Shown one piece after another: positions 8,169-15,417 of a stretch of DNA of 15,417 bases. Positions within the stretch are counted from its first letter, which is position 1; every line of letters begins with the position of its first letter. The notes beneath the pieces are model-generated. The model was not told the origin of the DNA. It saw only the letters and a list, made by a program, of their open reading frames with translations, and searched no databases. Origin of the DNA: a bacterium (GTDB lineage: Bacteria > Eisenbacteria > RBG-16-71-46). A program made the translations under genes and the position numbers. The stretch covers positions 1-15,417 of the forward strand of contig JAYWEM010000190.1 of assembly GCA_043779265.1 (NCBI GenBank), written 5' to 3'.

Positions 8169-8256
8169 ACCGCCGCCCCTCTCACCGCCTTCTAGTCTCG
8201 GAGGCGCGAGGGGTGGCTTGAGGTGGATGAGTGGCACAAGCCGAGTCAAGACTGCC

Positions 8257-8279
8257 GCTGCGCTAGAGTTGTGCGCAGC
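8257..8279 (-). terminator. Hairpin downstream of the kinase gene (weak terminator candidate)
   Basis: GCTGCGC-N9-GCGCAGC stem about 21 nt after the stop at 8301. No clear U-tract. Confidence 0.3.
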
Positions 8280-8300
8280 TACTGGTTACGGGCTCTGCTT

Positions 8301-10856
8301 CTACTTCTTCGCGAACAGGCCATGCCAGTTGAGGATGAGGCGGATCTCGGGCGGCCTCGAATCCTCGGCGATGCTGAACAGAACGCGCTCCCCATCCCGG
8401 AACCCGGCGCCGCCGGTGACCCCGCGGGGGCCTTCGCGCAGGGGTCGGGGCGTGCCAGGGCGGAATGACTCGCCGGATTCGTACGGCACCGTGAATTGGC
8501 TCGACCCGCGGCCGTAGCGCAGCTCCTGCCGCACACTCGACCAGTTCGGACCGCCACCGGAGTCGAGCGAGATGCGGACCTTGCGACCGGGCACGGGAAA
8601 CGATTGGACGTAGGTTTCGATCGTGCCGGTCTCATTGCTGGAGTAAGCCAGCCAGCGGCCGTCGGGTGACACTCGAGCTCCCATCTCGAACTCGACACCT
8701 CGGAGGTAGGGAACGGCATTGCGATCCCCATCCATCGGTAGCATCCAGAGATCCCAGGCGGTCCTGACGTTCAGGCTCATGAAGAGGACGTGCCTGCCAT
8801 CGGCCGACCAATCCGAGACCATCTTGAAAGCATCCTCGTTGCTTGGGATCACCTCGACCCGACCATCGAGGCCGATCACGTGGACCTCCTCACGACCCGC
8901 TTGCTTCGAGACGAAAGCGACGCGCTGACCATCGGGAGCCCACACTGCAGTCGGATTGCTCGCGGTGGTGACGGCCAGGCGCATCGGGACACCTCGGGCA
9001 AGATCGAGCACCCAGATGGCGCCGCCTTGATGGAGGAGGGCACGATCATCATCCGGCGTGAGATCCAGCACCTGCCACGGGGCCGCGGGCAACGAGATGG
9101 GAGGACCCAAGCGTCCCGAACTCTCCATGATGCGCAGCTGTGCGTTCGGCGGGACGCTGCTGAGCGTGGTCAGGTGCCCGTTCGAGGACACCGAGGCCAC
9201 GGGCTCGGCGTCGAGGTCGCTGCGGAATGGTGCGGTGCACAGGGCGACCGGGTCCCCTTCCAGCTCCAGCCGTTGCTTGTCGAAGCGCTGCGCAACGACC
9301 CGGCCGTCTCGCTCGAACACCAGGAACCCTGGTTCGGCGTAGACCGGCGTCGATCCGGCCGACAGGATCCGCTTGATCGACTTGGAACTCAGTGACCCGA
9401 GGTAGATGTCCCAGAGTCCTGACGCACTGGGTAGCGCTGAGAACAGGAAGTGATCGCCATCGGGAAGGAACACGGGAAATCGATGCGCGGTCTGACCCCG
9501 AGCGGTGTCGAGCACGGTGACCGCGGTCACCTCACCCCCGCCGGCAGACACTCGCATCAGCGGCCCCGAGCTGGCGGGCGCGAACACGATCGTCCCCTTC
9601 TGGTTCCAAGTGCCACCTCGACCATTGCGCGCGTCGCAGATCCGTCCCGGTGTCCCGCCGTCGATCGCCACTTTGAACAGCGTGCCCGAATCGAAATCGA
9701 AATAGGCCACGTACTTCCCATCGGGCGACCAGAACGGCATCTGGCAACTCTCCGTGCCGGGCAACTCGCGCATCACGTCCGAGTTCAAGGCTCGGATCCA
9801 CAGCGTCGGCGAGCCCGTGGAATCCACCGCCTCGACGACCAGTGACCGGCCATCCGGGGCGAGCACGACGTCGCTCCAATAGCCTCGAGGGATGGTGCTA
9901 GGTGGGAGCGGGATCATCGCCTGCACCTCTGGGCCGAATGGCCACGAATCGAAAGCACGATCCACGCAAGCCAATCGCTCGCCAAGAGCGCCACCGCGAC
10001 GAGCCCCCAGGCCAGATGCTCGCGCCGTTTCCGGCTCGCTGCGACCGGAACGGCGACGCCCGCCTGAGAACCCGCCTCGGCGATCCACTCGAGCTGGAGC
10101 CGGACATCGTGCGCCGTCTGCAGACGGTCCTCAGCGTCCTTGGCGAGGCAGCCACGCACCAGGCGATCGAGCGCGGGTGGACTGAGCGGCACGATCTCCG
10201 CGATCGGCCGGGGCGCGTCCTTCATGATCGACGGGATGAGCGAGGCCTGACTCACTCCACTGAACGTGCGCTCGCCGGCCACCATCTCGTGCAACACGCA
10301 TCCGAGAGCCCACAGATCGCTGCGTGCATCGGCCTCACGGCCCTCGAGCTGTTCGGGCGCCATGTACTGGAACGTGCCGACGATCGTGCCCTCGGCGGTC
10401 AACGGTGCTGCGATGGTGGGCGAGGTCGTCAGCGCCGCCAGCGTCACGCCGCTGCCACCCGCTGGCCCCGCCAGCCCGATGAGTGCGATCGAGCGCGTCG
10501 GCGATGTGGATGCCGATCCTCAGCACGTCGGCGACGGGCAACCGACCCTTGGTGAGGCGCTCGGCGAGCGTTTCGCCTTCGATCAACTCCATCACCAGGA
10601 AGTCGGTCGAACCCTCTCGCCCGACATCGACCAACGAGCAGATGTGGGGGTGGTTGAGCGAGGCGACCGTCCGCGCCTCGCGCTCGAAGCGAGCGCGGAC
10701 CTCGGCGTTCGCGGTCAGATGCTCGGGCAGGACCTTGATCGCGACATCCCGACCGAGCCGGGTATCGCGAGCGCGATACACCTCACCCATCCCGCCCGCT
10801 CCGAGCGGCGAGACGACTTCATACGGCCCGAGTCGGCTTCCCGAAGCAAGCGTCAT
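8301..10856 (-). pseudogene. Hanks-type Ser/Thr protein kinase with TM segment and TolB-like/PD40 beta-propeller, disrupted into three ORFs
   Basis: 10856 to ~10470: LGAGGMGEVYRARD, VAIKVL, RFEREA. ~10478 to 9930 in a second frame: GTFQYMAPEQ, DLWALG, then a TM. ~9930 to 8301 in a third frame: PFWSPDG, VWAPDG, DWSADG, RVSPDGRWLAY, ILNW. The HRDLKP and DFG motifs are absent. Confidence 0.88.
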
Positions 10857-12514
10857 GCTCCGGGAATCTCGCGGCGAATCAGCATGAGCGTGATGTCATC
10901 CGAGCGAGGGGAGTCGGCGACGAAACCCAGCACCGCGTCCATGACCCGAGTCCGGATCTCGCTCAAGTCGGGAGTCGAGGCCTCGGCAACAAGCATCTCC
11001 TGCAGCCGCGAGTCCTCGAAGAAGTCATCGCCATGCTGTGCCTCGGGAATGCCGTCGCTGAACACCGCCAGCAGACCGCCCGGGGGCAGCGTGAAGCGGC
11101 CTGCCGAATAGGGCGCTTCCTCGAGGATGCCGAACGGGACACCCGTGGCCTCGATCTCGCTCACCTTGCCGTCGACCACCATCACGGGCGCGTTATGGCC
11201 ACCGTTGACATAGTCGATGACGCCGGTCGCCGGATCGAGGCAGCCGATGAACGCCGTGACGAATCGCGACGGATCCGAACTGCGGTACATGACATCATTG
11301 AGTCGCAGCGAGAACTCGAGCATGTCGGAACAGGTCTCGTAGAGAACGCGCGACGAGGAGAGGAAACTCGACATGAGCAGCGCCGCGCCCATCCCCTTGC
11401 CGGAAACGTCGCCGACCACGAACACCAACTTGCCGTCCTTCCTCACGCGGAAGTCGTAGAGGTCTCCGCCGACCTCGTAACAGGTCTCGAGGAATCCATC
11501 GAGCGAGTAGCCCGGCAACGTGGGCGGCGCCTCGGGCAGCAGGCCCTGCTGGATGCGCACGGCCGTGCCGAGCTCCTGAGCCAGCCGGGCACGCGCCTGT
11601 TCGGCATCGAGGAGCCGGGCGTTGGTGATCTTCACGGCCGCCATGTTGGCGAGCAGGGTCAGGATCTCCAGTTGCTCGCGGTCGAACTCGATGCCGAGCT
11701 TCTGACTGTCCACATAGAGCACGCCGAGTACCGTCTCATCGTCGTAGAGGGGCACCGCCATTGCCGAGTGCACCGAGGCCGAGACGAGGCTCATCTGCGC
11801 CCGGAAACGATCGTCCGAACCGACATCCTTGGTGAGCACCGAGACGCGTTCGTCCATCACCTGCGACATGATCGTGCGCGAAAGCGCGAGCGGCTGTTCC
11901 GAACGCCCTCCCCCGGTGCGCGCAGCGAACTGCACTGGTTCGGCTTTGGGCTGCGGCCGCAGAAGCACGACATAGCGCGATGCCGGCACCGCGCGCTCGA
12001 CGAACTCGAGGATCTGCTCGCACGTCTCGCGTAGCGGTCGTGGAAGGATGAGGAGTCGGCCCGCTTCGGCGAGGAGCTTCAAGAGCTTCTCACTCCCGGC
12101 ATTGGAGCGCCCGGGGCTCGCGAGCACGTCAGCGACATTCACCCGCAGCGAGGAACCCATCACCGTCTTCTCGTTGTACTGCCAGGCGGGCGCGGCCGGT
12201 TCGTCGCTCACGCGCATCGAGACATGTCCGACCTCGATCAGATCACCCGAACGGATCGGGAGCGGCGTCGTGGCGCTGACGCCATTGACCCGAGTGCCGT
12301 TGCGACTCCCGAGATCGTGGAGGAGCCACGCGGAGCCCTGCCACATGATCTCGGCGTGGTCCTTGGACACGGTGGCGTCCGAAACCGGAATGGCGTTGCG
12401 CGAGGAGCGGCCGATCCCCATCAAGGGCTGATCGAGCTCCCAGACCGACTGGCGGTCCCCCAACTGGGCCGTGAGGAACAGCTTGTGCCGAATCGACATC
12501 CGAGTGGTCGACAA
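10853..12514 (-). CDS. FHA-GAF-SpoIIE (RsbU-like PP2C) protein phosphatase
   Basis: FHA: IGRS, VSKDHA, DLGSRNGTRVNG. GAF: SAMAVPL, LGVLYVDS. PP2C: VGGDLYD, GDVSGKG, NGGH, FSDGIPE, DDITL. TTG start 5 nt after AGGAGG. Stop overlaps the kinase ATG (ATGA). Confidence 0.93.
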   Translation of the reverse strand: MSTTRMSIRHKLFLTAQLGDRQSVWELDQPLMGIGRSSRNAIPVSDATVSKDHAEIMWQGSAWLLHDLGSRNGTRVNGVSATTPLPIRSGDLIEVGHVSMRVSDEPAAPAWQYNEKTVMGSSLRVNVADVLASPGRSNAGSEKLLKLLAEAGRLLILPRPLRETCEQILEFVERAVPASRYVVLLRPQPKAEPVQFAARTGGGRSEQPLALSRTIMSQVMDERVSVLTKDVGSDDRFRAQMSLVSASVHSAMAVPLYDDETVLGVLYVDSQKLGIEFDREQLEILTLLANMAAVKITNARLLDAEQARARLAQELGTAVRIQQGLLPEAPPTLPGYSLDGFLETCYEVGGDLYDFRVRKDGKLVFVVGDVSGKGMGAALLMSSFLSSSRVLYETCSDMLEFSLRLNDVMYRSSDPSRFVTAFIGCLDPATGVIDYVNGGHNAPVMVVDGKVSEIEATGVPFGILEEAPYSAGRFTLPPGGLLAVFSDGIPEAQHGDDFFEDSRLQEMLVAEASTPDLSEIRTRVMDAVLGFVADSPRSDDITLMLIRREIPGA

Positions 12515-12580
12515 GCGGGCCTCCTGGGCGGCTGCAGCAGGCCTCGGCCAGGCTCTCCGAGGCGCTTCTGAACGAGCCGG

Positions 12581-12589
12581 AAGCTAGCA
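12581..12589 (-). promoter_or_regulatory. Candidate extended -10 promoter element (TGcTAGCTT) for the phosphatase-kinase pair
   Basis: Matches TGnTAnnnT about 67 nt upstream of the TTG start. No good -35. Confidence 0.4.
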
Positions 12590-12603
12590 CGAGCCAAGCG
12601 GTT

Positions 12604-12619
12604 GCGGCGAATCCGCCGC
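12604..12619 (-). terminator. Short hairpin just after the antiporter stop
   Basis: GCGGCG-GATT-CGCCGC on the minus strand, 3 nt past the TAG at 12623. No U-tract. Confidence 0.25.
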
Positions 12620-12622
12620 GCG

Positions 12623-13789
12623 CTAGGGAGTCGGCATCTTCGGTGCGTGCGGCTCGGCGTAGTCGGGCACCTTGGACTTGAACACCATCGCCGGCACGAC
12701 CGTCACCAGCAGGGTGTACAGGATGATGCCGCCGAACAAAGGCGGTGGCGCCGCAAAGCGGTCACGAAGAATCTCGGCGATGACGAGGCCGAACACGAGT
12801 GTGGGCAGCATCGGAACCGCGATGAGGAGACTGGCGGACAGGGGCTCACCGAGCGCCACCATGCGGTGGATTGCAACGGCGGCGACGCGGAGCGGGATCA
12901 TCGCCACCAGGAAGCCTCCTCCATAGAGGAGCGCCTGAAGCGCGAAGTCCTCGCGGCGCAGCTGGACGCCCGCATTGAAGAAGTAGAATGGGATGAAGAA
13001 CGAGGCGAACAACTCGACGGCCCGGATCATCTCCTCCGATGCGAGCGACGGGAGCTGGGCGCGGAATCGCTGGGCCGCCATGCCAACGACGAACGCGCCG
13101 ACCAGGTAATACACGCCCAGCTCACGGGTGACGAAGGCGCACACCACCGCGACCATCAAGAGGAATGCGAACTCGGAACGCGGTGCATAGGGCACGACCA
13201 GCTTGGCGAACACGCGGAACACGAGCGGCAGGATGATGATCATGCCGGCCAGGACCGCGGTCGAGATCGCCATCGTGGATGCGGTCGTGGACTGCAACGT
13301 CGCGAATAGCACGAGCAGGGCCAGCAACTCGGCGGCGATCGCCTTCGACTTGATCCAGGTCTTCTCCTTGCCGACCAGCCCCAACATCTCGAGCGCATCG
13401 AGGATGAAACCAGTGGACGGAGTGAGCAGCGCGAGCGCGACGAGCAGGGCGACGCGGTAGTCGAGCTGCAGTGTCTGAAGCAACGCCCAGGTCACCCCCG
13501 CCAACAGGATGCTCTTGACCGCGAGATGCTGGACGAGCACGACTGCGTTCGCCCGGAGATCCTCGGTGTCCACCTCCAGACCGGCGAAGAGGAACAGTGC
13601 GACAATGCCGAACGCCGAGAGCAAGTGGATGGTGGCATCGTGCTGCAAGAGCCCGAATCCCATCCCACTCAGCGCGCCCAGCCCGAGACTCGTGATCGCG
13701 GCGGGGATCCCGAATCGCTGCAGAGCACGCGGAACCACGAACAACAGGAACAGCACACCGACGTAGCCGAGTTCGGGCGTGAGCGTCAT
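12623..13789 (-). CDS. Cation:proton antiporter (CPA2/Kef-like, Na_H_Exchanger family) without a C-terminal RCK domain
   Basis: ATG13789 (MTLTPELGY) overlaps the MscS stop (ATGA). About 12 TM helices, with FGIVALFLFAGLEVD, LTPSTGFI, LGVYYLVGAFVVG and FFIPFYFFNAG. 388 aa. Confidence 0.85.
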   Translation of the reverse strand: MTLTPELGYVGVLFLLFVVPRALQRFGIPAAITSLGLGALSGMGFGLLQHDATIHLLSAFGIVALFLFAGLEVDTEDLRANAVVLVQHLAVKSILLAGVTWALLQTLQLDYRVALLVALALLTPSTGFILDALEMLGLVGKEKTWIKSKAIAAELLALLVLFATLQSTTASTMAISTAVLAGMIIILPLVFRVFAKLVVPYAPRSEFAFLLMVAVVCAFVTRELGVYYLVGAFVVGMAAQRFRAQLPSLASEEMIRAVELFASFFIPFYFFNAGVQLRREDFALQALLYGGGFLVAMIPLRVAAVAIHRMVALGEPLSASLLIAVPMLPTLVFGLVIAEILRDRFAAPPPLFGGIILYTLLVTVVPAMVFKSKVPDYAEPHAPKMPTP

Positions 13790-14688
13790 GAGTGCTTGAG
13801 CTGGACCTGGATGGTCGGAGCCTCGACCAAATGGAACGTCGCGGAGGCCATGCCCATCTTGCCGCCCGAGGCATCCACCGCTTCGAGGATGCGCGTGAAC
13901 AACTGGTCCTTGGTGCCGCGCCGCGACTTGTAGTCGACAATGTAACGGATCGTGAACTCGATCCAGTTGTCGTTCGCCACGACGGTCACCATCGGCTCGA
14001 GCCTCGCGTCCTCGACGCGGAACTGCTGCACCATCTTGCTCCATGCCTTGACGGCATTCGACGTCGGGTCGGCGCACACGTCGTGAACGATCCGCTCAAG
14101 CGTGCTCCGGGTGATCGCGACATCGCTGCCGTACTTGATGGGCACGGTGATCTCGTCTCACAGGAACGAGAAGTCGGCCGAATAATTGAACACCGGCTCC
14201 TTGAAGACGAAGCTGTTTGCGATGCGCACGACTCGCCCCGTATAGAGGTCGCCCTTCACCCACTCGCCGCACTCCATGAGGGTCGAGCGCAGCACGCCGA
14301 TGTCGATCACGTCGCCCTTGATGCCGCCCAACTGGATGCGATCGCCGATTCGGAAGAACCCGCCGAACGAGATGGCGAGCCAGCCCGCGACGCTGGCGAT
14401 GACCTCCTGGAGCGCGAAAGCGATGCCGGCACCCGCGACACCGAAGGCCACCGAAAGTCCGCCGAGTCGGTCGCTGAAGACGACGGCGACCACGAGGATG
14501 CCGGCGACGTAGCTGCCCATCGTAACGGCCTTCCGAACGCGGTAGCGCGTATCGGAGTCATCGAGTCGCCGCACGAGTGCGGTGCGGACGAATCGCGAGA
14601 TCACGATCACGGCGAGCAGGCCGAGGCTGAGCGCGACCAGTCGGCCGATGGTCGGATCGTAGAGCCAACCCTTGACCGTCTCGTTCAT
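13786..14688 (-). pseudogene. mscS: Small-conductance mechanosensitive channel (MscS family) interrupted by an in-frame TGA
   Basis: ATG14688 follows GGGAGGA. Motifs GVAGAGIAFALQE, FRIGDRIQLGGIKGDVIDIG and IANSFVFKEPVFNYS. Then FL-TGA(14158-14160)-DEITVPIKYGSD continues in the same frame to TGA13786. Confidence 0.85.
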
Positions 14689-14741
14689 GTGGTCCTCCCT
14701 GACTCGATCCGACTCGACCGCATGCCCCTCGAAGCGGCGAG

Positions 14742-14750
14742 ACGATAGCA
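14742..14750 (-). promoter_or_regulatory. Candidate extended -10 (TGcTATCGT) for the mscS-antiporter pair
   Basis: TGnTAnnnT match about 54 nt upstream of ATG14688. Confidence 0.4.
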
Positions 14751-14789
14751 TCCCGACTCGCGAGTCCGATAGCGGGCGGCTTCAGAGGC

Positions 14790-14818
14790 TTGTGGGGCGT
14801 TGGGCGTCCAAGTAGCAT
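14790..14818 (+). promoter_or_regulatory. Candidate sigma70 promoter for the porin gene (TTGTGG-N17-TAGCAT)
   Basis: -35 at 14790-14795, 17-bp spacer, -10 at 14813-14818, ending 9 nt before ATG14828. Confidence 0.45.
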
Positions 14819-14827
14819 GCGGCCCGC

Positions 14828-15417
14828 ATGAGTCCGATACTCCGGGTCTCGCTCGCCGCCGGGACGCTGATCGTCCTGTCGTGTTTCTCGCCCGCCGTGG
14901 TTGCCCCTGCGGGCGCGAGCGGCACCGATTCCTCCCTGGCCGCTCCGCGTTCGCTCCCGATCCGGTTCGAGGTCCTGCTCCAGACCTTGGCCGACGTCCA
15001 GCCTGAGCGCAGTCTGCCCGGGCACAATGGATTCACCGTCTCGAACGCCCGCCTCGGCATCCGCGGCCGCGTCGATGAGCGGTTCTCCTATCTCGTCCGG
15101 GGCAACTTCGTCTCCAACCCCGTCCTCGTCGACGCCTTCATCTCGTTCGACGCGCACTCCAACCTGACGCTGACGGTGGGCCGGTTCCTGATCCCGTTCA
15201 GCGCGGAGTTCTTGAGAAGTTCGGAGACGATCGACTTCGTGAGGCGCTCGCAGGCGGTCTCGACATTCATCCCGGACCGTCAGCTCGGATTCCAGGCCAG
15301 GGCTCATTCGTCGAATCGCCGCGTCGACCTCGCCGCTGGCCTGTTCAATGGGAACGAAGCCAATTCGAACGACAACGAGGACTTCCTGTTCGCCGCTCGT
15401 GCCGAGGGGATGCCGTT
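14828..15417 (+). CDS. Phosphate-selective porin OprO/OprP-family outer-membrane protein, 5' part (runs off the right edge)
   Basis: Not in the ORF track; read manually. MSPILRVSLAAGTLIVLSCFSPAVVAPAGA (signal peptide)...NGFTVSNARLGIRG...LVDAFI...LTVGRFLIPFSAE...IDFVRRS...PDRQLG...AGLFNGN...FAAR matches the Porin_O_P pattern (R.RL...G, DA++, G+F..PF..E, F.ERS, R..G, G+FNG). Open to the end of the window. Confidence 0.8.
   Translation, partial: MSPILRVSLAAGTLIVLSCFSPAVVAPAGASGTDSSLAAPRSLPIRFEVLLQTLADVQPERSLPGHNGFTVSNARLGIRGRVDERFSYLVRGNFVSNPVLVDAFISFDAHSNLTLTVGRFLIPFSAEFLRSSETIDFVRRSQAVSTFIPDRQLGFQARAHSSNRRVDLAAGLFNGNEANSNDNEDFLFAARAEGMP

Noticed and set aside
14158..14160. TGA recoding (Trp/Gly genetic code or selenocysteine)
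   Set aside because: TGA is the real stop of several genes here, including the ATGA overlaps, and the position corresponds to Trp rather than Cys.
1..15417. CRISPR arrays, tRNA/rRNA genes, or a matching right IR for the IS
   Set aside because: None seen on reading; the intergenic gaps are all under about 200 bp and show no repeat-spacer pattern.

Overview
High-GC bacterial DNA with diderm hallmarks (OmpA domain, beta-barrel proteins, porin, lipoprotein). The Hanks kinase/PD40 and FHA-GAF-PP2C genes resemble those common in Acidobacteria, Gemmatimonadota and Ca. Eisenbacteria; this taxonomy is inference only. Nearly all genes lie on the minus strand. In transcription order they are: MscS channel (in-frame TGA at a conserved Trp), CPA2 cation:H+ antiporter, FHA-GAF-SpoIIE phosphatase, Ser/Thr kinase with TolB-like propeller (catalytic loop deleted, two frameshifts), an intact translationally coupled four-gene operon (membrane HEAT-repeat protein, processive GT2 synthase, secreted TPR + clan GH-A-like hydrolase, TPR + outer-membrane barrel), a chimeric ORF, and a lipoprotein running off the left edge. 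The four-gene operon looks like a non-canonical synthase-dependent exopolysaccharide system and is the best candidate for an undescribed system. The chimeric ORF joins a SigX-like ECF sigma N-part, a ~98-bp IS3/IS6110-like left-end remnant and an OmpA C-terminus in one frame. A divergent OprO/OprP-type porin runs off the right edge. All family assignments come from motif recognition; no database searches were run.
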